From contig JASTWF010000365.1 of NCBI GenBank assembly GCA_030390025.1, forward strand, positions 372,001-434,000: 62,000 bases of DNA. The letters are read 5' to 3'. The translations under genes and the position numbers were made by a program. This stretch comes from Squalus acanthias. Its lineage: Eukaryota. Below, one piece after another: positions 37,957 through 50,055 of the stretch. Numbering within the stretch: the first letter of the stretch is position 1; each line of letters begins with the position of its first letter. Below the pieces are notes generated by a model. That model did not search any database. It had not been told where the DNA came from and saw nothing but the letters and a program-made list of their open reading frames with translations.

Positions 37957-38280
37957 TGATGAGACGTTAAACCGAGGCCCCGCCTGCTCTCTCAGGTGGA
38001 CGTAAAAGATCCCAAGGAACTATTTGGAAGAAGAGCAGGGGGGAGTTCTCCCCGGTGTCCTGGGGCAATATTTATCCCTCAATCAACATCACTAAAAACA
38101 GATGATCTGGTCATTTATCTCATTGCTGTTTGTGGGAGCTTGCTGTGCGCAAATTGGCTGCTGCATTTCCCACATTACAACAGTGACTACACTTCAAAAG
38201 TACTTCATTGGCTGAAAAGCGCTTTGAGACGTCTGGTGGTCGTGAAAGGCGCTATAGAATGCAAGTCTTTCTTTCTTTCC
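37957..38280 (+). mobile_element. 5'-truncated Deu-domain SINE
   Basis: gatgagacgttaaaccgagg ... aaggcgctatagaatgcaagtctttcttt. Confidence 0.82.
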
Positions 38281-38834
38281 CTCCCAGCCAGTCTCTCTCT
38301 CTCTCTCCCCCCCGCCCCCCCTCCCAGTCAGTCTCTCTCTCTCTCTCTCGTTCCCCCTCCCACCTCCACAGTGTCTCTCTCAAAGTCTTTTTCCCAGCAT
38401 CTACACTCACCAACACGTTTAATTCCATTCACTTCACCAATACTCTATCCACACATTGCATTAAAAAAAAACTAACCTCAGTTAACCCTTATAAAAAGTA
38501 ACAGAACCTCACTGCCCCCCTCCAAAAAACACCTCTAGCCATTTTGCAACTGTGGTCACAAGAGGCGATCTAATTTACACTTTATGTACAAGCGCACTTC
38601 ACACTGGTGTACAGCTGGCTCATCCAAATAGGGTTAGTTGTGTTACCAGCACTAGGTTTAGACAGTTAACGGCAACTGAACTGAGCCCCACCAAAACGCA
38701 CAGGTCGCCGCTCTCTCCCCGCGACACAGAGGCAATAAAAACTACGAGTCAGCTCAGATTTGACAGGGCATTTTCAGTAAAGTTTAGTAATCTGGCTTTT
38801 CCATTTGAGTTTTAAAAAAAAGACACAGAAGATT

Positions 38835-38921
38835 CAGGTGAACGGCCTCTCCCCGGTGTGAACTCGCTGGCGTGTCGGATCACCTCTGCTTTCCAAGTTC
38901 CCCTCGCACGTCAGAACATTT
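38835..38921 (-). pseudogene. Decayed single C2H2 zinc-finger coding unit
   Basis: Minus strand aaatgttctgac (KCSD) ... cagcgagttcacaccggggagaggccgttcacctga (QRVHTGERPFT*). The Kruppel linker is intact, but the unit is frameshifted and ends in a stop. Confidence 0.65.
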
Positions 38922-39864
38922 GATCCGATTGGGTCTTCAACGAATGGGGGCCCATCTAGACCAGTGCCGTCCAATAGAAAATATCGCCGACTAGCCTGCA
39001 GCTGTTGCAATTTTTAGCCACATGCGCTAGTTTCAGTAGAAAACACCTCAGCTACACAATACAGGCAAGTATACTTAACGTTCACACTCGCCTATTCACT
39101 TGAACATCGACCGACACCCAGAAACCAAGGAAGTAAACCAGCCACATTGATCAAAATAACTCGCACTCGCTGCTTTTCATGCTCCAATAGGTTAAAGTTC
39201 ACATGCATATACCGTGTGAATACGAGTATTGAGATCAAGGATGGTGTCCATTAACAATTTCTTATTTGCTAATCAGACAATGCAATTAGCCGTATCTGGA
39301 TTCTCATTTAGCCACAGGCCGAGCTGCTAAATTATTGAACAAGTAGATAAAGAACCTAAAATGCGGGCTGGTTAAAACAATCGACCCCCCGCTTACTAAA
39401 CAATCGCCTTCCATTAAAATGTTCAAGAGGGGTGCTGTCACCCCACGCAAGCGATTAATCCCCTCGAATCTTCTCCCTATCTTCGCTGAAGGGACTGACT
39501 GATGTTTGGGTCGGTGAGGGGGGGGGGGGGCACAGTTGACCTGGCAGTACCAGCCCTGCAGTTAGCTCACCCGCTCGCCTCTGTTCTGCACCCATGAGCC
39601 CACTCAGGCTGTTCGACCATGGGGTTGGGGGGGGGGGGGGGGGGGGGGGGGGGAGAGAGACGACGACACCTCGACCCGCAGCCACCCTTTCCAGCAGGAC
39701 TTGGGAGCGGGAACCCTGGCCGATTCATCCCCCCCCCCTTCCCTCGTCCAGGGAGTGAGCCACTGACCCCTGACCTTGTTGAGACCTGCAAAAAGAGGCT
39801 AGGCTGGCTAGTGAGGGGGGAGGGGGTTCAGCCTCCAATCTTCCCCACTCCGTATGGAGTCCGC

Positions 39865-40270
39865 CAACGCCTAGAGTTCAAAAGGCTCATCCGCATTTTC
39901 AAATCCCTCCACGATCCTCCTCGCCTCCCCATCCCGATCTCTGTAACCTCCTCCAGCCCCTACAACCCTCCGAGATCTCTCGGCTCCTCCAATTCTGGCC
40001 TCTTGCGCGTATCACGATTTCCATCGCTCCACCATTGGCGGCCGTGCCTTCAGCCGCCTGGGCCCTGAGCTCTGGAATTCCCTCCCTAAACCTCTCCGCC
40101 TCTCTCACCTCCTTTAAGACACTCCTTAAAACCGACCTCTTTGACCAAGCTTTCGGTCGCCTGTCCTAATATCTCCTCATGTGGATCGGTGTCAAATTTT
40201 TGCCAGATTTACATGACGCGCCTCGGGGCATCTTACTCTGTGGAAGACATTACCTAAATACAAGTTATTG
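39865..40270 (+). mobile_element. L2-clade LINE 3' fragment with a single, unexpanded 37-bp unit
   Basis: RQRLEFK...FKSLH followed by the L2 3' UTR. Confidence 0.82.
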
Positions 40271-41610
40271 TAGCAGTCACTAAGCTGGGAAGAGCAAGAA
40301 GGAACCCAGTCTTAAACCGATGTCCTGGGATCATAAAAACCAATGCGAGGAGTAAACGCTCAGAACATGAACAAATATATGAAACAAACCCAAATCAATC
40401 TGAATTTCTTTTATATTAAATAAAAATCCTTACGCACAAGTGGGGAATTAAAAAAAAAAAATTAAAGTTGAATTTTGAATCAAAATGTTGAAGAAATTAC
40501 AAAGACCAATCAGTTCAGTGTCCCATCGTTCAATAACCCCCTTCCACGAGTTACTGGTACAAGACAGGCTGCAGTGCTTCCCGACATAGCCCCTCTGGCC
40601 AAATTGCGACGGCTTTCCTCAGCCACGCACGATCCAGGTTTCTCCTCAACGCGCAGTTGCTGCGCTGCTCTCCGTCACTCTCTGCTCAACGCGCTACACA
40701 ACCAGCGACAATCAGTTGCTTCCGACTCGAAACCCGGACGCGCGAGGCGATTGAGAGAACAGAAACCATCTCTTTACGGCGAGTCTCTCCGTTCAATTGT
40801 TTCTTGGCAGGGTGGGCGTAGATCTTAAACCCCCTCACCAGGTCCCCCCCCCCCCCCCCCGTCTCAACCTTCCTTCTCTCGGCCATCCCCCTCCCCCTCA
40901 GAAGAGGCACACGGAATTATAAGAAGCCGCGAAGCGATCACATGATACAGGAGGGCCAGCTCGCAGCAGGGTAGCAAGGAGGGCTTGCCAACTCTTAGGA
41001 ATTGGCGATTAATCTCCGGAGCGCTGCGGTTAGCAAACCCGGGAGACAAATCCGAAGGGGCGTCAACAAAAAAAGGTGTGTGTGTTTGGGGAGTGGGGGC
41101 GGGCGCGGAAACAAGAGTGTCTCTGACTGGCAAGTCTAGAATCGTCCAATCCGGGTACGGAACAATCTGTTGGCTGTTCAATTGACGCTGGGTGACTGGC
41201 GAAGCCTCACGAGGATGGGTCACACAATGGCGGGAGCGAGGGGGGTGGGGGGGGGTTTGATCACATGGTGAAACCTCTAGGAATACGTCCCAAACCAATA
41301 AGAAGTAGTCTGTTTAGCAGAGGCCAGTTTAAAAAAAAAAGCAAGCAGCAGTCAGTTCAGGCATCGACCCCGGACCCCGCCGCCATTTTGTTAAGCAGTG
41401 ATCAGTTCAGACATCGACCCCTGACCTCCCCCCCTCACCGCCATTTTGTTAACACGCACGGCAGTTCATCGACTGCCCCAATGGCCCCCTCTTCTTTGAT
41501 TTCTCAGTCAGTTTATTGGCGGGGGGGGGGGAAGTCGCGGTTTATACGCAAGGGAGATGACGTCACATTCAAGGGGGTGGTTGGGATGGAGGGGGGGGGT
41601 GCCTCGGAAC

Positions 41611-42062
41611 TCAGACGTAAACGGCCTTCTTGGAAATGATGGACCCGTCATGCTGGGACTCCATGTCGTCCTCCATGCCCGGGTCGGCGCCGTGGCGGTC
41701 TGGGACGTGGAACGCGGGCCCCTTCTCCTCCTCCTCCTCGTCATTGGCATACACGGACGGCTGGATCTTCAGCAGATTCTCGGTCTCCACGGGGTGGTGG
41801 GCCTCAGTGGTGGCGGTGGTGGCGGTGAGGCTGGGGCCCTTCTCGGAGTCCGAGTCTGGCCGGTAGGTGTAGTCGGGCTGGGGGGCGGCGCCATTGCGCG
41901 CCCCGAAGATGCGGGTCTTGGGATCGTACGAGCCGGCGGCGGCACTTCGCCGCTTGTGCAGGAAGAAGCTGACCAGGCAGATGACGAGCAACAGTGCCAG
42001 GATGCCTCCGATCACGCCGCCCGCGATCGCTCCCGCGTTGCTCGGCTGCGGTGCCTCGTGTT
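41611..42062 (-). CDS. NECTIN2: Nectin-2-like alpha isoform, single terminal exon (transmembrane plus cytoplasmic tail ending EDDMESQHDGSIISKKAVYV*)
   Basis: tttcatcccag|AA CAC, phase 1, matching the Ig exon donor. TM segment GAIAGGVIGGILALLLVICLVSFFL then HKRR. The end resembles human nectin-2 alpha (MESQLDGSLISRRAVYV) and fits the afadin-binding E/A-x-Y-V motif. Confidence 0.93.
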
Positions 42063-42271
42063 CTGGGATGAAATAAAAACACAGTGGGTGGTCCCCGGTC
42101 ATCCAGGGTCTCCTTTGCAACAAGCCCAAATATCAAGCCAAGAGTGCATGGTTGACAATTTTTCCCCTTCCCGGTACCAAAACAAAACTGGCCTTTTTTT
42201 GCGTGCGAAGACCAGGCCAGGGAAGTCCCTGATGCCCTTCCCTCGAAAAATCCAGGAGAAAAAAAAAAAAG

Positions 42272-42560
42272 GGGCATAACCTTAAAGTTAGAGCTAGACC
42301 GTTCAGGGGTGATGTCAGGAAGCACTTCTTCACACAAGGGTAGTGGAAATCTGGAACTCTCTCCCCCAAAAAGCTGTTGAGGCTGGGGCGGGGGGGGGGG
42401 GGGGGGTCAATTGAAAACTGAGATTGATGGTTTTTGTTGGGTAAGGGTATTAAGGGTTATGGAATCAAGGCGGGTAGATGGGGTTGAGATACAGATCAGC
42501 CACGATCTGATTGAACGGCGGAACAGGCTCGAGGGGCTGAATGGCCAACTCCTGTTCCCA
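42272..42560 (+). mobile_element. CR1 LINE 3' fragment
   Basis: ggggcataaccttaaagttagagc...cacttcttcacacaaggg...CR1 tail. Confidence 0.82.
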
Positions 42561-43494
42561 TCATCAGTCTATCCCCAAGTCAAAAAAAAGTCAAATTATA
42601 AACCAATCCATTAAAAAAAAAATTCGAGATGTGGGGGGGGGGGGGGGGCAGTTGCTGGAAGGGCTGACATTTATTGCCCATCCCTCATTGCCCCAGAGAA
42701 GGTGGTGGTAGGCCACCTTCTTCAACCACTGTAGTAGTGGCTTGATGGGCCACTTCAGGAGGGCAGTTTAGAGCCAACTAGGGTGGCGTTGGGGACTGGA
42801 GTCACCTATAGGCCCAGTTGGATTAAACATCAATCTGACAGCTTCATGGCAAATTTTACCGCTACCAGTTCCTCATTGCCGGTAGACAGAATGTTAACAC
42901 AGGGTTATTAAATGAATAATTAATTCATGATGGGAAACCAGGAACACCTCCACCTCCTCCAATGTATTGATCCAGGAACAAGTCAAATCACAGAAGTTTG
43001 GAGAATTACAAATAATGGAAAGATCGCGATCCGTCACTGACCAAAAAAAACCCAACTCAGGTTTGAGAGATCTCAACCAACAAAACACACGCAACCAAGC
43101 CACTAAAGATATCCCTTCTCCGCAAGTGCCTCAGATACAGAACCGCCACTGGGATCTCCCGCCAGGTATCCCATTGTGAAAGACCTCATCCCTCAACATC
43201 GACTTGCTCGAGGAGGAACCTGCATTCATGGGAACCTAATGCCAAACCCAACTGTCCAATAATTAGGGCAAAAATGGAGATCTCCTCGTCACAAATGCCA
43301 ACACATTTCTACACTCATCATGTGATTCACAGGCCGATTCGCGCAGAGTAACGGAACTCCGGTTTGGGTGGTGACAAGTATCAGCCTTCCCAAAATCTGA
43401 CAGTGCTACAGAGGGAGAGGTCCGCACCGAGACTCGGTCCCCTGGTCACTCTCTGTTACTGCGCTTTACAATGTCTCGAGGGAGAGAAAGACAG

Positions 43495-44608
43495 AGACTT
43501 ACATTAATATAGCGCCTTTCACGACCACCGGACGTCTCAAGGTGCTTTACAATGAAGTACTTTTGGAGTGTAGTCACTGTTGTAATGTGGGAAACGCGGC
43601 AGCCAATTTGCGCACAGCAAGCTCCCAAAAACAGCAATGTGATAATGACCAGATCATCCGTTTTTGTTATGTTGATGGAGGGATAAATATTGGCCCAGGA
43701 CACCGGGGACAACTCCCCTGCTCTTCTTTGAAATAGCGCTATGGGATCTTTTACGTCCACCTGAGGGGGCAGACCGGGCCTTGGTTTAACGTCTCATCCG
43801 AAAGTCGGCACCTCCGACAGTGCGGCGCTCCCTCAGCACTGCACTGGAGCGTCAGCCCAGCTTTATGTGCTCAAGTCTCTGGAGTATTGGTGAGACCGCA
43901 CCTGGAGTACTGCATACAGTTTTGGTGTCCATACTTAAGAAAAGACATACTTGCTCTCGAGGCAGTACAAAGAAGGTTCACTCGGTTAATTCCGGGGATG
44001 AGGGAGTGGACATACGAGGAGAGGTTGAGTAGATTGGGTCTCTACTCATTGGAGTTCAGAAGAATGAGGCGCGATCTTATTGAAACATATAAGATTGTGA
44101 AGGGGCTTGATCGGGTGGACGCGGTGAGGATGGTCCCAATGATGGGTGAAACTAGAACTAGGGGACATAATCTTAGAATAAGGGGCTCCTCTTTCAAAAC
44201 TGAGATGAGGAGAAACTTTTTCCACTCAGGAGGGTAGTGGGTCTGTGGAATTTGCTACCCCAGGAAGCTGTGGAAGCTACTTCATTAAATAAATTTAAAA
44301 CAGAAATAGACCGTTTCCTAGAAGTAAAGGGAATCAGGGTTTACGGGGAGTGGGCTGGAAATTGGACATGAGTTTGAGTTCGGATCGGTCAAGGCCCTGT
44401 GGGTGGCGGAGCGGGCCCAGGGGCCTGGTCCTTCTCCTGCTTCTTGTGTTCTTTAGAGTTGAGGTTGGATCAGATCAGCCATGATCTCATTGAATGGCGG
44501 AGCAGGCTCGAGGGGCCGATTCCTGCTCCTATTTCTTATGTTCTTATGAGTGGGACTTGAACCCACAACCTTCTGACTCAGAGGTGAGGGTGCTGCCCAC
44601 TGAGCCAC
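43495..44608 (-). mobile_element. Deu-domain SINE with one 33-bp unit, its head split by a CR1 insertion
   Basis: Body 43495-43885, head remainder 44548-44608. One unit near 43810-43845. Confidence 0.85.
43886..44547 (+). mobile_element. CR1 LINE 3' fragment with a gagt duplication
   Basis: VRPHLEYCIQFWCPYLRKDILALEAVQRRFTRLIPG; gagt at 43882-43885 and 44548-44551. Confidence 0.9.
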
Positions 44609-44814
44609 AAGGGGGGGGGGGGGGGGGGGGGAGAAACAAAGCCAGAAAATTCCGGAATGCACAGCAACTCGCTCTGCATCTGAAAAGAGGAAAAAAACAA
44701 AACCGAGGGGCTAACATTGTGGGGGGACTCCTCCAGTCACCCAGAACGTCATCTTCCCTCCATCTCTCTTCAGACTGGCCTGCCATGCATTTTGGATTTC
44801 CTTCTCCCCATCCG

Positions 44815-45322
44815 TAGAGTCGCCAACGCTGGTCGGGCGTATTGCAGGAGGTTGCATCACATGACCTCCTGCCTCCAACCGCCCCGGCCCCCTCTCTCCT
44901 GCCATTGGTCGCCCGCCCCGGCCCCCTCTCTCCCGCCATTGGTCGCCCGCCCCGGCCCCCTCTCCCCCGCCATTGGTCGCCCGCCCCGGCCCCCTCTCTC
45001 CCGCCATTGGTCGCCCGCCACGTCCATCCTCGCCTTCCCTGCGCCAATTGGAAAGCAAATAAACTCTACGATCCAATTGGAGGAACTGCGAGTGTTAGCC
45101 AATTGGATGAACCATGAGTCAGTCAAACTGCCTCCATTCCCATCGCTCCAATATTCTCATAACTAAATAAACAAACGCGGTTTAAGAAAGTAAAAGAAAC
45201 AACACCGTTTCTTTTAACGCCCCCTCTACGATTTTTCTCCTGGGTTGCTCGCACCAGCGTCCCGTAGATCAGTCCTCAATTCCTGAAGACTGTGGGACAA
45301 TCCTGGAGGATTGGCGACGCTA
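44815..45322. mobile_element. hAT-like MITE with an internal 34-bp x4 tandem repeat
   Basis: TIRs tagagtcgccaa and ttggcgacgcta (11/12 match). 8-bp flanks cccatccg and cccttccg (7/8 match). Confidence 0.75.
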
Positions 45323-46029
45323 CCCTTCCGTGGCGCAAGATTGACGAGTTCGGCCCCACTCGCCTGTGTAAAACGGCGGAACTGCAAACTAACAGGTCTT
45401 CGATATATAGGAACACCAAAAGGGAACGACACAAAAGATACCAGCAAACCGCCCAGATATCTCCCTCCGTAACGTGACAGGAGAAGGCAGTCCAACAAAC
45501 CTCGCCTTTAAATCGAGAGGAGTTTTCCCCCTGGTTATTTGTTTAAACAAACAAGTTCTGATCATATCGCTGACAAAGAGGCAGACTGGGGTGGAGCTGA
45601 ATTACTCACACACGCATCTCTCATCGGTTTGTTCAGGTCTGTACACCCAGACGATTAACAGCTTTCAGGAACTTCCTGACCAGCAGGTTCCACAGAACAT
45701 CAACATGTCCCACCTCGAGAAAATATTACCACCACCAACGCATCAAATTATTATTTTTTTTTTTTTTTTAAACATCTCAGTTGGACAAAGATTCCACGGC
45801 CACTATTTCAAAGAGCAGGGGCGTTCTCCCCCGGTGTCCTGGGGCCAATATTTATCCCTCAAATCAACATCAATTAAACAGATAATCTGCTCGTTTAGCT
45901 CAGTTTGTGGGAGCTTGCTGTGCGCAAGTTGGCCGCCTCGTTTCCTACATTACAACAGTGACCACACTTCAAAAAGTACTTCATTGGCTGTAAAGCACTT
46001 TGGGGCGTCCTGAGGTGGTGAAGCACTAA

Positions 46030-46480
46030 GTCCCGTTCACCCATCACCCGCTGACCTACATTGGCTCCTGGTCCGGCAACATCTCAATGTTAAAATTCTC
46101 ATCCTTGTTTTCAAATCCCTCCATGGTCTCGCCTCCTCCCTATCTCTGTACCCTCCTCCCACCCCTACAACCCTCCGAGATCTCTGCGCTCCTCCAATTC
46201 TGGCCTCTTGCGCATCCCCCGATTTCCATCGCTCCACCATTGGCAGCCGTGCCTTCAGCCGCCTGGGCCCTAAGCTCTGGAATTCCCTCCCTAAACCTCT
46301 CCGCCTCTCTCTCCTCCTTTAAGACGCTCCTTAAAACTGACCTCTTTGACCAAGCCTTTGGTCACCTGTCCTAATATCTCCTTATGCAGTTCGCTGTCAA
46401 ATATGGTTTGATAATCGCTCCTGTGAAGCGCCCTGGGATGCTTTACTACGTTAAAGGCGCTATATAAATTCAAGTTCTTT
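46030..46480 (+). mobile_element. L2-clade LINE 3' fragment
   Basis: gctgacctacattggctcc...aaggcgctatataaattcaagttc. Confidence 0.85.
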
Positions 46481-46600
46481 CTTTTCATCCAACATTCGCC
46501 GCGCAACCAACATCAAAAAACTGATTATCTGGTCATTATCACATTGTTGTTTGTGGGAGCTTGCTGTGCGCAAATTGGCTGCCACGTTTCCTGCATTACA

Positions 46601-47135
46601 ATCCATTGGCAGGATAGGCGCACCAACGTCAGTGTTCTCGCTCAGGCCAACATCCCCAGCATCGAAGCTTTGACTACACTCGATCAGCTCCGATGGACGG
46701 GTCACATTGTCCGCATGCCCGATACGAGACTCCCAAAGCAAGCGCTCTACTCGGAGCTCCGACACGGCAAGAGAGGCCCAGGCGGGCAGAGGAAACGTTT
46801 CAAGGACCCCCTCAAAGCCTCCTTGAAAAAGTGCAACATCCCCACCGACACCTGGGAATCCCTGGCCCCAAGACCGCACAAAGTGGAGGAGAAGCATCCG
46901 GGAAGGCGCCGAACACCTCGAGTCTCTTCGCCGGGAGCAAGCGGAAGCCAAGCGCAAACAGCGGAAGGAGCGCACGGCAACCCAAGCACCCCACCCACCC
47001 GCCCCTTCAACCACCGTCTGCCCCACCTGTGACAGAGACTGTAGGTCCCGCATTGGACTCAGCAGTCACCTGAGAACTCATTTTTAGTGTGGAAGCAAGT
47101 CATCCTCAGTTCTGAGGGACTGCCTAAGAAGAAGA
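46601..47135 (+). mobile_element. RTE-clade LINE 3' fragment inserted in a Deu-SINE remnant
   Basis: IHWQDRRTNVSVL...QLRWTGHIVRMPDTRLPKQALYSEL; (aag)n tail. Confidence 0.9.
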
Positions 47136-47821
47136 CGACAACAGTGACTACACTTCAAAAAAAACCAATTGGCTGTAATCGATACTGCTACGGTCAACTC
47201 TGTCCCACACAGGTTCCAAACACACAGCCCGACAGCCTCGTGCTGAAATCACGCTCTAATCACCTACCCTCAGGAGGACCTGCAAACTGCTGACCTCTGC
47301 GGTCGCGGTGAAGCTTTTCAGTAAAACAGTTATTTCAAAAAAAATAAGTACTGGAGACCAACCGGAGGGGATGAAACCAGCAGGTGAGAAATTCAGAGAA
47401 CCATTTAGAAAGTATGAAGGCTGAAAGGGAACAACACCGATCTCATAACTGGCTAAGTTACCAGGCCCCGACCCAACATTTAGCCCTCAACCGCACCCCC
47501 AAAACAGACGATGTACGAGCTCAGGAGAGAAAGGTTGGGAACCACAAACTCTTTCTTTTTGTTTAGTGCGCAGGAACAATCTTGTTATTCTTACGTTTTA
47601 TATTTCCTTTCGCTCTTTGAACTCAATGAGTTGGCTCACGATAGCAAGGCCAGGAAATGCTCAAAAAGCTTCCACTACCGCCATATACTTGTTCCCCCAA
47701 CCATGTTTGTTTTTAAATTCCTTCTCGGCCAACATTTGTTGCCCATCCCCAATTGCCCTTGTGGTGATGGTGGTGAGCCGCCCTACGTGCAAAGCTGCAG
47801 GCTGTGTGGTTACCTCCTAAG

Positions 47822-47893
<72 letters not shown>

Positions 47894-47908
47894 CACAGAG
47901 AGAGACAC

Positions 47909-47939
<31 letters not shown>

Positions 47940-48021
47940 GAGAGAGAGACAGAGAGAGAGAGAGAGACAGAGAGAGAGAGAGAGACAGAGAGAGAGAGAC
48001 AGAGAGAGAGAGAGACAGAGA

Positions 48022-48071
<50 letters not shown>

Positions 48072-48082
48072 GAGAGAGAGAC

Positions 48083-48125
<43 letters not shown>

Positions 48126-48657
48126 GAGAGAGACAGAGAGAGAGAGAGAGACAGAGAGAGAGAGAGACAGAGAGAGAGAGAGAGACAGAGAGAGAGAGAC
48201 AGAGAGAGAGAGACAGAGAGAGAGAGACAGAGAGAGAGAGACAGAGAGAGAGAGACAGAGAGAGAGAGACAGAGAGAGAGAGAGACAGAGAGAGAGAGAC
48301 AGAGAGAGAGAGACAGAGAGAGAGAGACAGAGAGAGAGAGACAGAGAGAGAGAGACAGAGAGAGAGAGACAGAGAGAGAGAGACAGAGAGAGAGAGACAG
48401 AGAGAGAGAGAGACAGAGAGAGAGAGACAGAGAGAGAGAGACAGAGAGAGAGAGACAGAGAGAGAGAGACAGAGAGAGAGAGACAGAGAGAGAGAGAGAC
48501 AGAGAGAGAGAGACAGAGAGAGAGAGACAGAGAGAGAGACAGAGAGAGAGAGACAGAGAGAGAGAGACAGAGCAGAGAGACAGACAGAGAGACAGACAGA
48601 GAGACAGACAGAGAGACAGACAGAGAGACAGACAGAGAGACAGACAGAGAGACAGAC

Positions 48658-48688
<31 letters not shown>

Positions 48689-48777
48689 CAGAGAGAGAGA
48701 CAGACAGAGAGAGAGACAGACAGAGAGAGAGACAGACAGAGAGAGAGAGACAGACAGAGAGAGAGACAGACAGAGAG

Positions 48778-48810
<33 letters not shown>

Positions 48811-49023
48811 GAGAGAGAGACAGAGAGAGAGACAGAGAGAGAGACAGAGAGAGAGACAGAGAGAGAGACAGAGAGAGACAGAGAGAGACAGAGAGAGACA
48901 GAGAGAGACAGAGAGAGACAGAGAGAGACAGAGAGAGAGAGACAGAGAGAGACAGAGAGAGACAGAGAGAGACAGAGAGAGACAGAGAGAGACAGAGAGA
49001 GACAGAGAGAGACAGAGAGAGAC

Positions 49024-49070
<47 letters not shown>

Positions 49071-49735
49071 GACAGAGAGAGAGAGAGACAGAGAGAGCAC
49101 AGAGAGAGAGAGAGAGACAGAGAGAGAGAGAGACAGACACAGAGAGAGCACAGAGAGAGAGAGAGAGACAGAGAGAGAGAGAGAGACACAGAGAGACACA
49201 GAGAGACACAGAGAGACACAGAGACACAGAGACACAGAGACACAGAGACACAGAGACACAGAGACACAGAGACACAGAGACACAGAGACACAGAGACACA
49301 GAGACACAGAGACACAGAGACACAGAGACACAGAGACACAGAGACACAGAGACACAGAGACACAGAGACACAGAGACACAGAGACACAGAGACACAGAGA
49401 CACAGAGACACAGAGACACAGAGACACAGAGACACAGAGACACAGAGACACAGACACAGACACAGACACAGACACAGACACAGACACAGACACAGACACA
49501 GACACAGACACAGACACAGACACAGACACAGACACAGACACAGACACAGACACAGACACAGACAGACACAGACACAGACACAGACACAGACACAGACACA
49601 GACACAGACACAGACAGACAGAGACAGATAGATAGCACACAGACAGAGAGAGAGCAAGCGAGAGCGAGAGAGCACAGAGAGAGAGAGCGCGAGAGAGAGC
49701 GCGCCACAGACAGGGAGAGACAGAGCCAGGGAGAC
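47822..49735. repeat. 1.9-kb compound (GA)n / (GACA) / (GAGACACA)n / (GACACA)n microsatellite
   Basis: Read directly from the sequence. It is the source of the spurious 640-700 aa ORFs. Confidence 0.98.
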
Positions 49736-50055
49736 TAGCATTTCTCCAGCGCCTTTCACGACCACCGGACGTCCCAAAGCGCTTTACAGCCAATGAAGTA
49801 CTTTCTGGAGTGTAGTCACTGTTGTAATGTCAGAAACGCAGGAGCCAATTTGCGCACAGCAAGCTCCCACAAACAGCAATGTGATAATGACCAGATCATC
49901 TGTTTTAGTGATGTTGGTTGAGGGATAAATCTTGGCCCCAGGACACCGGGGAGAACTCCCCCTGCTCTTCTTCCAAATAGTGGCCATGGGATCTTTTACA
50001 ACCACCTGAGAGAGCAGACGGGGGCCTCGGTTTAACTGTTCATCCCAAAAGACGG
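49736..50055 (-). mobile_element. 5'-truncated Deu-domain SINE whose tail abuts the GA array
   Basis: gcatttctccagcgcctttcacgacc...gggatctttt...gcctcggtttaac. Confidence 0.85.

Noticed and set aside
41557..42337. ORFs 41557-42279 (+) and 41804-42337 (-)
   Set aside because: Antisense or alternate-frame shadows of the GC-rich alpha exon.
47511..49793. 640-706 aa RE-rich and SL-rich ORFs
   Set aside because: Translations of a GA-type microsatellite that lacks stop codons.
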